Of a DNA stretch of 64,000 nt, positions 31,262 through 41,500 are shown piece by piece. Numbering within the stretch: the first letter of the stretch is position 1; each line of letters starts with the position of its first letter. The notes below the pieces were generated by a model. The model was not told the origin of the DNA, ran no database searches, and was given only the letters and a program-made list of their open reading frames with translations. The position numbers were made by a program, and so were the translations under genes. The stretch is from an uncultured Acidobacteriota bacterium (lineage in GTDB: Bacteria; Acidobacteriota; Vicinamibacteria; Fen-336), in contig OY970399.1 of assembly GCA_963720545.1 (NCBI GenBank), positions 1,120,001 through 1,184,000 of the forward strand. The letters run 5' to 3'.

Positions 31262-32088
31262 CGCAGCCGGAGGCGCACGCCGGCCGTCGCTCCCCAGGTG
31301 CCGTCCGCGTCGAGCAAGCCGCGCCGCAGCGCGGCGTCGATGCTGAAGGCGCCGGACGCGTAGCGAAGGCCGGCGCGCACTTCCGCGTGCTCGTCGGCTC
31401 CGGGGGCGCCGCTGCCGCGCAGCCCCGCGATCTCGCCCAGCCCCGCCAGACCGCCGGCAAGCGGCAGCTCGACGGCCGCGCCGTAAGCCAGGAAGTCCGA
31501 CTGCTCGTGCGACTGCAGCGGCCGGTCCTGAATGGCGAGACCGGCGTTCAGGTGAATGCGCGCCGCGCCAGTGTCGTACGACCACAGCAAGTCGGCGCTC
31601 ATCCGCAGCGTGTTCGGCCCGAGGCCAACGGCCTGGTTCGTCTCCGGCAACGCCACCGCGAAGCGTGCCGCGAGCGCCGCACGTTCGCTGTGCCACAACC
31701 GCGTCTTGGCCCGCAGGGTCACGTCGCCATAGTCGGACACGTCGCCGAACGTGGGGTCGTTGCGCGCCAGGACCCGGCCGATCCACTCGACGTCGATTTC
31801 GACGTTGTCCGACGGCGAGAAGGCGAGGCGCAGCAGCGGCAGGTCGAGCCGCGTGCGCGGCTCGGTGGTGAGAAAATTGGGCACCGCGCGCATCAGGTCG
31901 GCGCCGGTCTCGAAAAACAGCGCGCCGCGCGGAGCGGTCCACGCTTCCTCGGTGACCAAGGGTCGTGTCTGCGCGGCCGCGCTTCCGGCGAGCGTCGTGG
32001 CTCCGAGCAGCGCCGAAAACCCGGTGCGTCGTAGCCAACCTCTATAATTGATCCCGGATGGCAACCGCCTCGCGCGTCTACTCGCCAC
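31258..32088 (-). CDS. Putative outer-membrane beta-barrel (start uncertain)
   Basis: Signal-like leader to AAAQTRPLVTE, alternating beta strands, C-terminal WGATAGVRLRL; no clear in-frame start short of overlapping the PBP gene. Confidence 0.6.
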   Translation of the reverse strand: MASRRARRLPSGINYRGWLRRTGFSALLGATTLAGSAAAQTRPLVTEEAWTAPRGALFFETGADLMRAVPNFLTTEPRTRLDLPLLRLAFSPSDNVEIDVEWIGRVLARNDPTFGDVSDYGDVTLRAKTRLWHSERAALAARFAVALPETNQAVGLGPNTLRMSADLLWSYDTGAARIHLNAGLAIQDRPLQSHEQSDFLAYGAAVELPLAGGLAGLGEIAGLRGSGAPGADEHAEVRAGLRYASGAFSIDAALRRGLLDADGTWGATAGVRLRLR

Positions 32089-34346
32089 AACGCCTCCGGC
32101 TGGTCCTGATCGTGCTCGCTCTCATCGCGCTGCCTTTCGTGGTGGGCTCGGGTGTCCTCATCTATTACTACGCCAGGTACAGCGCGATCGTCGACAAGCG
32201 GCTGTCGGGCGAGCGCGCCTCGACCCCGGCGACCGTGTACTCGCGGCCCGTGGTGCTGCGCCCGGGATACGACATGACGCCCCGCGATCTCGCCCGGGTC
32301 CTGAACGGACTGCGGTACGAAGAGAAGCAGGAGGGCGCGCCGGCGCCAGGCGAGTTCGTTGTGGATGCCGCCCGGGTGCTGTTCACGCCGCGCGACACGA
32401 AGGGTGCGCCGCAGGAGACGATCGCCGCGGCGTTCGAGAAGGACAAGCTCAAGGCGCTCGAGGGACAGCGCACGCGCGGCGCGTTCAAGTCGGTCACGCT
32501 CGAAAGCCAGCTTATCACCCAGCTTTCGGCGTCTCGCGAGAAGCGCCGCCGCATCCGCTACGAAGAGCTGCCGAAGACGCTGATCGAGGCGGTGCTCGCG
32601 ATCGAAGACCGCCGCTTCTTCTCGCATCCCGGCCTCGATCCGTTCCGCATCGTCGGCGCCGCGGTGCGCAACTATCGCGCCGACAGCTATATCCAGGGCG
32701 GCAGCACCATCACCCAGCAGCTGGTGAAGAACTTCTTCCTCACGCCGCAGCGCACCATGAAGCGCAAGGTGCAGGAAGCGCTCATCGCCTTCATCCTCGA
32801 GCGTCATGCCACCAAGCAGGAGATCTTCGAGCTGTACCTGAACGAGATCTACCTCGGCCAGATCGGCTCGTTCGGCATCAACGGCGTCGGCGAGGCGGCG
32901 CACTCGTACTTCCGCAAGGACGTGACCAACCTGACGCTCGAGGAATCGGCGCTGCTCGCCGGCATGATCCAGTCGCCCAACCCCTACAACCCGTTCCGTC
33001 ATCCCGAGCGCGCCAAGGAGCGGCGCGCCGTGGTGCTGCGCGCGATGGAGGATTCGGGCTTCATCGCCGACGCCGAGCGGGCACGCGCGCAGGAGGCGCC
33101 GCTGGTGGTGGAGGCGGGCGCGCTCGACGCAACCGAGGCGCCGTACTTCGTCGAGTTCGTGCAGGAAGAGCTCGCGCACCGCTACGACCTGGCGCGCACC
33201 CACGTCAACGACCTGGTGGTGCGCACCTCGCTCGACGTGCGGCTGCAGGCGATCGCGCAGCGCGCCTTGTCCGAGGGCCTCGCGAAGCTCGACGCCGGCT
33301 TCAAGAGCAAGCGCGCGAACCCGCTGCAGGGCGCGCTCGTGGCGCTCGAGCCGAAGACCGGCGCCATCGTCGCGTTCGTCGGCGGACGCGCGTATGGCCA
33401 GAGCCAGTACGACCGCGTCACCCAGGCGAAGCGGCAGACCGGCAGCACCTTCAAGCCGTTCGTTTACCTGGCAGCGTTCGAGTCGGGCTTCGAAGACCCC
33501 GACTCGCCGCCCATCACTCCGGCGACCGTCGTCGACGACACGCCTTCGGTGTTCTTCTACGGCGACAAGGAGTACATGCCGGAGAACTACGAAGACAACT
33601 ACATGGGACCGGTCACCATGCGCACGGCGCTCGCGCACAGCCTCAACGTGGCGACCGTGAAGGTGGCGGAGATGGTCGGCTTCGACGCGGTGGCACGCAC
33701 CTGGAACAAGAAGATCGCGGTGGGCGCGCCGGTGAAGGCGTATCCGGCGGTGGCGCTCGGCGCGTTCGAGGCCACGCCCATGGAGATGATCGCCGCCTAC
33801 AACGTGCTCGCCAACGACGGCGTGCGCGTGCCGCCGATGAGCGTTGCGGAAGTGGATGGCGACGGCAGCCGCCGCATCGACCCCAAGCCGCAGCCGGCGC
33901 CGGAGCGCGCGGTGCGCGCCGAGTCGTCGTTCATGGTGGTCAACATGATGCGCAGCGTCCTCAACTACGGCACCGCCGGCGGCGCGCGCCGCATGGGCTT
34001 CACCTACGACGGCGCCGGCAAGACCGGCACCACCAACGACCTGCGCGACGCCTGGTTCGCCGGCTTCGTTCCCAACCTGTTGTGCGTCGTGTGGGTCGGC
34101 TACGACGACAACACACCAGTGGGCTTGTCCGGCGCGAAAGCGGCGCTGCCGATCTGGGTCGAGTTCATGCGCCACGCGCTCGCCGGCGGCGACCCGGGAG
34201 TGTGGCGCACGCCGCCGAACATCGTGTTTCTCGACATCGACCGCGACACCGGCCTGCTCGCCGGGCCTGGCTGCACGCGCGTCATCGGCGAAGCGTTCGT
34301 CGCCGGCACCGAGCCGCACGAGGTCTGCCAGGGCCACTCGTACTAG
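32058..34346 (+). CDS. Class A penicillin-binding protein (PBP1A/1B-type)
   Basis: EDRRFFSH.G, GGSTITQQL, RKVQE, STFK, SLN, KTG. Confidence 0.95.
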   Translation: MATASRVYSPQRLRLVLIVLALIALPFVVGSGVLIYYYARYSAIVDKRLSGERASTPATVYSRPVVLRPGYDMTPRDLARVLNGLRYEEKQEGAPAPGEFVVDAARVLFTPRDTKGAPQETIAAAFEKDKLKALEGQRTRGAFKSVTLESQLITQLSASREKRRRIRYEELPKTLIEAVLAIEDRRFFSHPGLDPFRIVGAAVRNYRADSYIQGGSTITQQLVKNFFLTPQRTMKRKVQEALIAFILERHATKQEIFELYLNEIYLGQIGSFGINGVGEAAHSYFRKDVTNLTLEESALLAGMIQSPNPYNPFRHPERAKERRAVVLRAMEDSGFIADAERARAQEAPLVVEAGALDATEAPYFVEFVQEELAHRYDLARTHVNDLVVRTSLDVRLQAIAQRALSEGLAKLDAGFKSKRANPLQGALVALEPKTGAIVAFVGGRAYGQSQYDRVTQAKRQTGSTFKPFVYLAAFESGFEDPDSPPITPATVVDDTPSVFFYGDKEYMPENYEDNYMGPVTMRTALAHSLNVATVKVAEMVGFDAVARTWNKKIAVGAPVKAYPAVALGAFEATPMEMIAAYNVLANDGVRVPPMSVAEVDGDGSRRIDPKPQPAPERAVRAESSFMVVNMMRSVLNYGTAGGARRMGFTYDGAGKTGTTNDLRDAWFAGFVPNLLCVVWVGYDDNTPVGLSGAKAALPIWVEFMRHALAGGDPGVWRTPPNIVFLDIDRDTGLLAGPGCTRVIGEAFVAGTEPHEVCQGHSY

Positions 34347-34402
34347 GCTGCGGCGGGTCGCGCAGCTGTTGTACACTGGCCTGCGTCGCAACAAAGCCGC
34401 AA

Positions 34403-34477
34403 GGGCGCTTAACTCAGCGGTAGAGTGCCACCTTCACACGGTGGAAGTCGCAGGTTCAAACCCTGCAGCGCCCACCA
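34403..34477 (+). tRNA. tRNA-Val(CAC)
   Basis: GGGCGCT...CCACC-TTCACAC-GGTGG...GGTTCAAACC...AGCGCCCACCA cloverleaf. Confidence 0.96.
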
Positions 34478-34481
34478 TCCT

Positions 34482-35042
34482 TCATGCCTTGTCGTAGGCC
34501 TCTTTCAGCCAGCCGATCAGCGCGTCGTCGGCATCCGCCGCGCTCGCAACCCTCACGCGATGCGAGCACATGCCGCTGAAGCTGCCGGAGGCTTCGAGCC
34601 TGCCCTTCGGTGCGACGCCCTTGAGGTTGAGGCCGACATCGATCCGCGTTGCCGTCGAAGGCTGGATCATGGCGAACTGCTTGTTGCGCCGCAGGCTGAC
34701 GTAGGCGTTCTTCGGGCTGACGTCCACGTCCTTGCCGAAGCGCTTCACCTTGTCGATGATGCCGTCGTAGATCGGCCGCAAGCCGGCCTTGGCGCCGGAA
34801 TATTGCGCTGCCACCAGGTCGACGCCGGTGCCCGCGCGCGACACCGCATCCGAACCGCGCACCTGGTGCGCCACGAGGTTGGCATAGCCGTGCGTCAGCC
34901 CGTTCTTCTTCAGGTGCGCGACCATTTCACCGTGCGCCTGCCCGCCCGACTTCGCCACCTTTGTCCACTCGGCAAGCGAGCGCCCGGTCTTTTCCTTCAG
35001 CGCCTGCACCATCTTCGCGACGGTTTCGTCCGGGTCGGCCAT
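34482..35042 (-). CDS. DUF4287/DUF5655 domain protein
   Basis: KTGRSLAEW...HLKKNGLTHGYAN; YVSLRRNKQFAMI; WLKEAYD. Confidence 0.85.
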   Translation of the reverse strand: MADPDETVAKMVQALKEKTGRSLAEWTKVAKSGGQAHGEMVAHLKKNGLTHGYANLVAHQVRGSDAVSRAGTGVDLVAAQYSGAKAGLRPIYDGIIDKVKRFGKDVDVSPKNAYVSLRRNKQFAMIQPSTATRIDVGLNLKGVAPKGRLEASGSFSGMCSHRVRVASAADADDALIGWLKEAYDKA

Positions 35043-35125
35043 CGTGCCTCCTGCGATAGAGCGGCTGTTGCAGTCCTGTTAAACGGCGATGCCGAATCCT
35101 TTTTCCAAAGCCGCGGGTTGGTAAC

Positions 35126-35848
35126 ATGGCCGCGGAGGTGCTGGTGAGGTTGCGGCGGTCTTTCCTGCTGTTGGCGCTCCTGCTCGCGCCCGCCGTGGCA
35201 ATGGCGCCGCCGCTCTTCGCCCAGGTGGCTGCAGCTCAATCGGGGGCCGGCACCCTGCGGGCGCGCTTCATCGGCAATGCGGCGTTCGAAATCACCGACG
35301 GGACGGCGACGCTGCTCACCGACTTCCCTTACAAGTCGGGCGCCTTCGGCTACATGACGTACCGGATGGAATCGGTGGCGCCGCAAGGCGATGTCCTCTG
35401 CCTCATCACCCATGCCCACGACGACCACTGGGACCCGCGCCTGTTTCGTCCCACGCGCTGGCAGGTAGCCGGGCCGCAGAGCGTCACCACTGGCATCGAG
35501 CCAAGCCGCGTCGTCCCTGTCTATCCGCGCGGCCGCTGGAAGTCGCTCATCATCGAGTCGCAGGAAACGCCGCACGAGCCGAAGGGCCACTACTCGTACC
35601 TGGTGCGCTGGCGCGGCCAGAAGCTCTACTTCACCGGCGACACCGAGCGGTCCGACCGCTTGCAGGCGACCGGGCCGGTGGACACGCTGTTCATCACCCC
35701 GTGGCTGCTGCGCAACTGCCTGAAAGCCGGCATCAAGCTGCAGGCGCGGCGCATCGTCATCTATCACCACGACGACAGCGAGCCGCTGCCCCAATGCGGA
35801 CCCAATTGTTCGGGTCCACGCCAGGGCGACGAGATCGTCCTGCGGTGA
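35126..35848 (+). CDS. Secreted metallo-beta-lactamase fold protein
   Basis: LITHAHDDH, YFTGDT, IYHH; start uncertain. Confidence 0.8.
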   Translation: MAAEVLVRLRRSFLLLALLLAPAVAMAPPLFAQVAAAQSGAGTLRARFIGNAAFEITDGTATLLTDFPYKSGAFGYMTYRMESVAPQGDVLCLITHAHDDHWDPRLFRPTRWQVAGPQSVTTGIEPSRVVPVYPRGRWKSLIIESQETPHEPKGHYSYLVRWRGQKLYFTGDTERSDRLQATGPVDTLFITPWLLRNCLKAGIKLQARRIVIYHHDDSEPLPQCGPNCSGPRQGDEIVLR

Positions 35849-36552
35849 GCGGCGCCGCGCGACCGCAAAGGAGCTATCGCTACTACGACTTCGTGATGGC
35901 GGCGTTCGTCACGGTGCTGCTGTGCGGGAACCTGATCGGCGCAGCAAAGGCCTGCGAGGTCACGGTCTTCGGCAGGCCCTTCCAGTTCACCGCCGGGGTG
36001 CTTTTCTTCCCGCTGAGCTACATCTTTGGCGACATCCTCACCGAGGTCTACGGCTACGCGCGCGCCCGGCGCGTCGTCTGGGCCGGGTTCGCGGCGTTGC
36101 TGTTCGCCGCGTTCATGGCGTTGGTCGCGGTGCGGTTCCCGCCGGCGCCCGAGTGGCGGGGCCAGGCCGCGATCGAAAGCGTCTTCGGCTCCACGTGGCG
36201 CATTGTGCTCGCGTCGCTGGTCGCCTACTTCTGCGGCGAGTTCTGCAACTCGTTCGTGCTTGCCAAGATGAAGCTCGCCACCGGCGGCCGCATGCTCTGG
36301 TCGCGCACGATCGGCTCGACCGTCATCGGCGAGGCGGTGGACTCGATCATCTTTTATCCACTCGCCTTCTATGGCACCTGGCCCGATGCGCTTGTGCTCA
36401 AAGTCATGGCCGGCAACTACACCTTGAAGGTACTCTGGGAAGTGGTGAACACGCCGGTCACGTACCGCGTGGTCAACTTCCTGAAGCGGACCGAACACGA
36501 AGACTTCTTCGACAAGGACACCGACTTCACGCCGTTTTCGCTGCGCACGTAG
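35845..36552 (+). CDS. Queuosine precursor transporter (YhhQ/VUT family)
   Basis: FPLSYIFGDILTEVYGYARARRVVW, RTIGST. Confidence 0.92.
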   Translation: MSGAARPQRSYRYYDFVMAAFVTVLLCGNLIGAAKACEVTVFGRPFQFTAGVLFFPLSYIFGDILTEVYGYARARRVVWAGFAALLFAAFMALVAVRFPPAPEWRGQAAIESVFGSTWRIVLASLVAYFCGEFCNSFVLAKMKLATGGRMLWSRTIGSTVIGEAVDSIIFYPLAFYGTWPDALVLKVMAGNYTLKVLWEVVNTPVTYRVVNFLKRTEHEDFFDKDTDFTPFSLRT

Positions 36553-36567
36553 GAGGCACACGTCGCA

Positions 36568-36954
36568 ATGGCCGCCGGCATCCGTACCTGGCACTGCGCA
36601 TCCTGCGACCGCCGCGTGCCGCTCGAGCTGGACACCTGCCGCTGCGGCGCGGCGCGGCCCATGCCACCGGCGCCGGTGCGCCTGCAGCCCGTCGCTGCGC
36701 CGCGCGCACCGCGCAGCGGCGGAAGCGGCTGGCGCCTGCCCCAGGCGGGGCCCGTCCTGCGCAGCGCGCTGGCGCCGGAGTATCGGCGGCTGACGATCGG
36801 CGTGACGATCGGGACGCTGTTGCTGCTGGCCGCGCTCTACCGCGCCGTCACCGCGCCGCCGCCGCCGCCGATCGTACCGCTCCTCGGCAGTTCGGCAGAG
36901 GGCGAGCAGCAGGCGCCGCGCAAGCCGGCACAGCCAACGCCCACGCCGCGTTAG
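36568..36954 (+). CDS. Hypothetical membrane protein with N-terminal zinc ribbon
   Basis: AGGAGG RBS; WHCASC...CRCG; one TM. Confidence 0.6.
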   Translation: MAAGIRTWHCASCDRRVPLELDTCRCGAARPMPPAPVRLQPVAAPRAPRSGGSGWRLPQAGPVLRSALAPEYRRLTIGVTIGTLLLLAALYRAVTAPPPPPIVPLLGSSAEGEQQAPRKPAQPTPTPR

Positions 36955-37308
36955 CTAGCGCGGCAGCCGGCTGGCGACGAACTTCATCAGCAGCTCGCGC
37001 TGCGCGTGCTGCATCCCGACGAACTCCATGCCGACCATGTAGACCGCCTGGCCTTCGGGGTCCTCGCGGCGCTGCGTGTCGCGCACCACGGCTGTCGCGT
37101 CGAACTCCTCGCCCATCAACATGAGCGTCACGGCGTACGTGGTGCCGGGCTGCGGCGCAAACCGCATCCACACGCCGAGTCCGCCGGCCGAGATTTCGTG
37201 GACGTCCGCCTCGAGCGAGAGCCGGGCCGACCACAGGCCGAGCGTCTCGACCCGCCGCGCTTCACGCGGCAGCGTCCATTCGGATTCGGCCGCTTCGTCC
37301 GACGTCAG
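36955..37308 (-). CDS. PilZ-like domain protein
   Basis: PREARRVE...EISAGG...VGMEF; frame is open up to CTG 37308, which overlaps the upstream stop. Confidence 0.65.
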   Translation of the reverse strand: MTSDEAAESEWTLPREARRVETLGLWSARLSLEADVHEISAGGLGVWMRFAPQPGTTYAVTLMLMGEEFDATAVVRDTQRREDPEGQAVYMVGMEFVGMQHAQRELLMKFVASRLPR

Positions 37309-37676
37309 AACTCCTCCTCGCTGCCCTTCATCGACTGCACGATGCGCTTCAACGTGTCGGCGATCTCATCGGGCACCGGCTCGAACGACAGCGCCGCGCG
37401 GTAACGGATGCGGCCCTCGCCATCCTGCTGGGTGGTCACTTTGTGCACGTAGCTTCTCACCACTCGCGCGCGCAGCAACATCGGCTTCGCCTTCTCCAGG
37501 CCGAGCTGGATGGTATACAAAGCGCCGGGCCGCAGCACTGCGGGCGACTCGATGAGGATGCCGCGCTCCGAGATGTTGAGGATCGGCGCAGCCTTGATTG
37601 CGTGAATGCTGCCGATCACGTCGCCAAGCGCAGGAACACGGGCGTTGCGGCGACGCTCCACCCTTCTCTCTGCCAC
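37305..37676 (-). CDS. PilZ domain protein
   Basis: ERRRNAR (RxxxR) and NISERG (NxSxxG) c-di-GMP motifs. Confidence 0.8.
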   Translation of the reverse strand: MAERRVERRRNARVPALGDVIGSIHAIKAAPILNISERGILIESPAVLRPGALYTIQLGLEKAKPMLLRARVVRSYVHKVTTQQDGEGRIRYRAALSFEPVPDEIADTLKRIVQSMKGSEEEF

Positions 37677-37801
37677 TTGCCCGCTTTCTCCCCTGACATA
37701 GGATCGACTCTCGAGGCGCCCTGTCCGGGCGAGTGAAGAATAGGTGTGACGCCGTCTCGTGGTCAAGGACGCTCGAAGCAACTTGTGACTAAGCTTGTGT
37801 C

Positions 37802-38281
37802 ATGGACGACGCGACGACCGGCCCGCAGAGCCTGCAGGAGCGCTACGCGCCGGAGAGCCGCTGCTTCGGGTGTGGTCCGCAGAACGATCAAGGCTTACAC
37901 ATCAGGAGCTTTGCGGAGGGTCAGGAATGTATCGCGGACTTCATTCCGGCAGTACAGCATGAAGCGTTTCCGGGCATGCTCAACGGCGGCATTATCGGCG
38001 CGCTTCTCGATTGTCACTCCAACTGGACTGCGGCCATCCACCTCATGAATGGCTCCGGGCGCGACACGCCGCCGTGCACCGTGACCGCCGAGTTCCACGT
38101 CAAGCTGCGCCGGCCCACGCCGACCGGCGGGCCAGTGCGGCTGCGCGCGCACGTTGTCGAGTCGTCGGCCGACCGCGCCACCGTCGAGGCCACACTCGAA
38201 GCGGACGGCGTCATCACCTCCACCTGCCGCGGTGTGTTCGTCGCCGTGAAGGAAGGTCATCCCGCATTCGGCAGGTGGTAG
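37802..38281 (+). CDS. PaaI/hotdog-fold thioesterase
   Basis: CFGCGPQN..GL, GMLNGGIIGALLD, VKLRRPTP. Confidence 0.88.
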   Translation: MDDATTGPQSLQERYAPESRCFGCGPQNDQGLHIRSFAEGQECIADFIPAVQHEAFPGMLNGGIIGALLDCHSNWTAAIHLMNGSGRDTPPCTVTAEFHVKLRRPTPTGGPVRLRAHVVESSADRATVEATLEADGVITSTCRGVFVAVKEGHPAFGRW

Positions 38282-38293
38282 CCTCGGCGATCA

Positions 38294-39013
38294 ATGGCCA
38301 CCGATTCACCCGCATCGCCGCGTCCGCTGCTCGACTTCGGACGTGCCTTCCAGTTCTTCTTCGAGGATCGTGAGTGGGTGAAGAAGATCCTCATCGGCAG
38401 CGGGCTGGTCCTGCTCGGCATCGTGCTGGTGGGCAGCATCCTGCTGGCCGGCTACCTGTTGCGCCTCATTCGCAGGAGCGCCGCGGGTGACGCGCTGCCG
38501 CTGCCCGAGTTCGACGACTGGGGCGGCATGCTGGTTGACGGCCTGCGAATGGCCGCCGTCTACCTCGGGCACCTCCTGGCGGTGCTCGCGGCGCCGATGC
38601 TCATGTTCGCCGTCGCTTTCCTGATGACCGGCAGTTTCGCCGGCGACAACCGCGGCGCCGGCCCGGTCTTCGGCTTCATCATCGCATTCGCATACCTCGT
38701 GATGATGGTCCTGATGCTGCTGGTGTTTCTGTACGTGCCCGCTGCGCTCGCCCGCCTCGCGCAAACCGACAGCGTCGGCGCCGCCTTCGACGTGCGCGCG
38801 AACATCGCCTTCATCCGCCGCAACGTCGCGAACTACGGCATCACGCTCCTCCTCTATCTCGTGACGAGCTTCGTCGGCCAGTTCGGCGTGCTGCTGTGCT
38901 GTGTCGGCGTGCTGCCGGCGAGCTTCTGGGCGGCGTGCGTCGCTTCGTGGGGTGTCGGCCAGGTGTTGCGCCTCGACACGCAGCCGCAGCCGGTGCTGGC
39001 GAGGACCTCGTGA
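38294..39013 (+). CDS. DUF4013 family membrane protein
   Basis: DREWVKKILIG, GYLLRLIR, LPEFDDWGGMLVDG. Confidence 0.85.
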   Translation: MATDSPASPRPLLDFGRAFQFFFEDREWVKKILIGSGLVLLGIVLVGSILLAGYLLRLIRRSAAGDALPLPEFDDWGGMLVDGLRMAAVYLGHLLAVLAAPMLMFAVAFLMTGSFAGDNRGAGPVFGFIIAFAYLVMMVLMLLVFLYVPAALARLAQTDSVGAAFDVRANIAFIRRNVANYGITLLLYLVTSFVGQFGVLLCCVGVLPASFWAACVASWGVGQVLRLDTQPQPVLARTS

Positions 39014-39393
39014 CGGACGCCGTCACCGAAGGCATCCGCGTCTCGGTGCAGACGCTTTACGTCGCCGAGCGCAGCGACCCGAAGGCCGGCCACTACTTTT
39101 TCGCGTACCACATCACGATCACCAACGAGGGCACCGAACCGGCGCGGCTCCTGAGCCGCAAGTGGATCATCACCGATGGCGACGGCGAGGTTTCGACCGT
39201 GGAAGGGCCCGGCGTCATCGGCGAACAGCCGCGCCTCGAACCCGGAGCCGCGCACGACTACACGAGCTTCTGCCCGCTGCCGACGCCGGTGGGTTCGATG
39301 CACGGGACCTACACGATGGTGCGTGACGACGGCCGTTCGTTCGAGGCGGTGATCACGCCATTCACGCTCGCGGTCAAGACCGCCCTGAATTAG
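39010..39393 (+). CDS. apaG: ApaG protein
   Basis: FAYHITITN...LLSRKWIITD...VEGPGVIGEQP...YTSFCPL.TPVGSM.G. Confidence 0.95.
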   Translation: MTDAVTEGIRVSVQTLYVAERSDPKAGHYFFAYHITITNEGTEPARLLSRKWIITDGDGEVSTVEGPGVIGEQPRLEPGAAHDYTSFCPLPTPVGSMHGTYTMVRDDGRSFEAVITPFTLAVKTALN

Positions 39394-39407
39394 CTACGAT
39401 TGAGGCC

Positions 39408-40778
39408 ATGGACAACCGCGCCCGCCTGATCGCCGTCCTGGTCCTGAGCCTCGTTGGCGCCGCCATCTCCTGGACGCTGCTGCAGCAGCATCACGGCGAG
39501 GCCTGGGGCAGCGCCGCCATCTCGGCTGTCTGCGGCGCCGGCGAATCGGGATGCGATGTCGTCAACCGCAGCTCGTGGTCGTCGCTCGGCGGCGTGCCGG
39601 TGGCGGCCATCGGCATGGTCTTCTATCTCTCGCTCGCCGCCTTGTCGCTGCTCGCGTGGCTGTCGAGCCGCGCCACGGCCGCGGCAGCGGTGAAGTGGGC
39701 GCTGCTGCTGGTCGGCGCCGCGATCTTCGTCGACGGGCTGCTGCTCGCCGTGCAGGTGGTGTCCCTGAAGGCGTTCTGCAAGGCGTGCCTCGCGACCTAC
39801 GCGGTCAACATCGTGATCTTCCTGGTGCTGCGCTTCATGGGCAAGGGCAAGAGCAAGGAAGAGGAAGCCATAGAAACAGCCACAAGCGACAGCAGGCTGT
39901 TCATAGGCGGCTGGGCCGCGGCAACCCTGCTCGCCGCGAGCTTCGCCTGGGCCACCGAAAGCCGGCTGCAGGACCGCCAGGCGCAGCGCGAGCGCGGCGT
40001 CCTCGGCGACAGCAGCGCGGCGTCTGCGAGCGCGGCCGCGCGCGAGCCCATCGGCAACGACGTGGACACCCTGCGCGCCGAGGTGGCGCGGCTGCGCGGC
40101 GCGCTCGACGATCCCGACAAGCGCCAGCGCTACGACACCGACAAGGCGGTAGGTGAATACCAGCGCGCGCCAGTGCAGAGCCTCGACCTGAGCGCAGCGC
40201 CCTTCGAAGGCCCGGCCGAAGCGCCGATCACCGTCGTCGCCTACTCCGATTTCCTGTGCCCGTTCTGCCAAAGCATCGCGAGCGCCTTCCAGCAATACAT
40301 CGCAAGCGAAGGGCGGGGTCGGGTCAAGATCTACTACAAGCACTTCCCGCTCGACATGGAGTGCAACAAGTCGATGAAACAGACGGTGCACGGCGGTGCC
40401 TGCCGCCTCGCCCTCGGCGGCGTGTGCGCGAACGAGCAGGGCAAGTTCTGGCCATATCACAACCGCGTGTTCGCGAACGCCAGGCAGCTCAACAACCCGC
40501 AGGTCGCCGACGTGGTGCGCCTCGCCGGCCAGGCGGGGCTCGACACCGCAAAGATGCAGGCCTGCCTCGCCTCGCCCGCGGCGGCGCAGCGCTTGCAAGT
40601 GGACGTAGGCGAAGGCGAGCGCATCGGCGTCTCGGCGACGCCGACGCTGCTCATCAACGGCAAGAAGATGACTCGCGTCAACGACTTCCTCGAGATCGTC
40701 AACCGCGAGGCGAAGCGCCTCGGCCTTGGCGAACCTCCCCCGCCGATGCTCGCGCGGCCGACACCGGCAACCCATTGA
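39408..40778 (+). CDS. VKOR-DsbA/thioredoxin fusion
   Basis: VKOR loop C-x6-C and CKAC; Dsb[21 protein letters not shown]. Confidence 0.88.
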   Translation: MDNRARLIAVLVLSLVGAAISWTLLQQHHGEAWGSAAISAVCGAGESGCDVVNRSSWSSLGGVPVAAIGMVFYLSLAALSLLAWLSSRATAAAAVKWALLLVGAAIFVDGLLLAVQVVSLKAFCKACLATYAVNIVIFLVLRFMGKGKSKEEEAIETATSDSRLFIGGWAAATLLAASFAWATESRLQDRQAQRERGVLGDSSAASASAAAREPIGNDVDTLRAEVARLRGALDDPDKRQRYDTDKAVGEYQRAPVQSLDLSAAPFEGPAEAPITVVAYSDFLCPFCQSIASAFQQYIASEGRGRVKIYYKHFPLDMECNKSMKQTVHGGACRLALGGVCANEQGKFWPYHNRVFANARQLNNPQVADVVRLAGQAGLDTAKMQACLASPAAAQRLQVDVGEGERIGVSATPTLLINGKKMTRVNDFLEIVNREAKRLGLGEPPPPMLARPTPATH

Positions 40779-41167
40779 CCAGGGAACGCCTCAACATCGC
40801 GACGGGCACGCCGTGGGAGCCGGTCGTCGGCTACGCACGCGCGGTGCGGATTGGCGACCACGTCTGGGTCTCGGGATGTACGGCGACTGCGGCCGACGGC
40901 AGCATCGTCGGCATCGGCGACGTCTACGCCCAGGCGGTGCAGACCCTGCGCAACGTCGAATCGGCCCTCACCCGCTGCGGCGTCACGCTCAAGGACGTGG
41001 TCCGGACCCGCATGTTCGTGGTGGACATCAAGGAATGGGAAAAGGTCGGCCGCGCCCACGGCGAATTCTTCAAGGACATCCGCCCCGCGACGTCGATGCT
41101 GGAAGTTAAGGCCCTGATCTCACCGGAAATACTGGTCGAGATCGAAGCCGAAGCCTACGTCTGCTAG
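40775..41167 (+). CDS. RidA/YjgF family protein
   Basis: [34 protein letters not shown]. Confidence 0.92.
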   Translation: MTRERLNIATGTPWEPVVGYARAVRIGDHVWVSGCTATAADGSIVGIGDVYAQAVQTLRNVESALTRCGVTLKDVVRTRMFVVDIKEWEKVGRAHGEFFKDIRPATSMLEVKALISPEILVEIEAEAYVC

Positions 41168-41186
41168 CATTTCCGTTCCCGCCCAG

Positions 41187-41262
41187 GCCGGCGTAGCTCA
41201 GTTGGTAGAGCAGCTGATTCGTAATCAGCAGGTCATCGGTTCAAGTCCGATCGCCGGCTCCA
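41187..41262 (+). tRNA. tRNA-Thr(CGT)
   Basis: GCCGGCG...GCTGA-TTCGTAA-TCAGC...GGTTCAAGTCC...CGCCGGCTCCA. Confidence 0.96.
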
Positions 41263-41500
41263 TCCTTTGGTAACGGCTCAAAAGCATGTTTTCGGGTTTC
41301 ACATTTCAGCCCGGAAGGTGGTACCGGCAACCTTCATCGTAGCCTGGTGCCCGCCGATCGAACCGTTGACCTGCCGCGGCGACTCCAAGTGATCCGGAAC
41401 CCGCGCCGAGAAGTCTCTCTTCGTCGAGCAACGGCGGTTGTTGCGCATAATCAGCAGGAATGCATTTCGAGCTTCGGAAGCTCGACGATGCGTGGATGCA

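Noticed and set aside
41263..41500. Integrase or att site next to tRNA-Thr
   Set aside because: No recombinase motifs, and no second copy of the tRNA 3' end was noticed in the window
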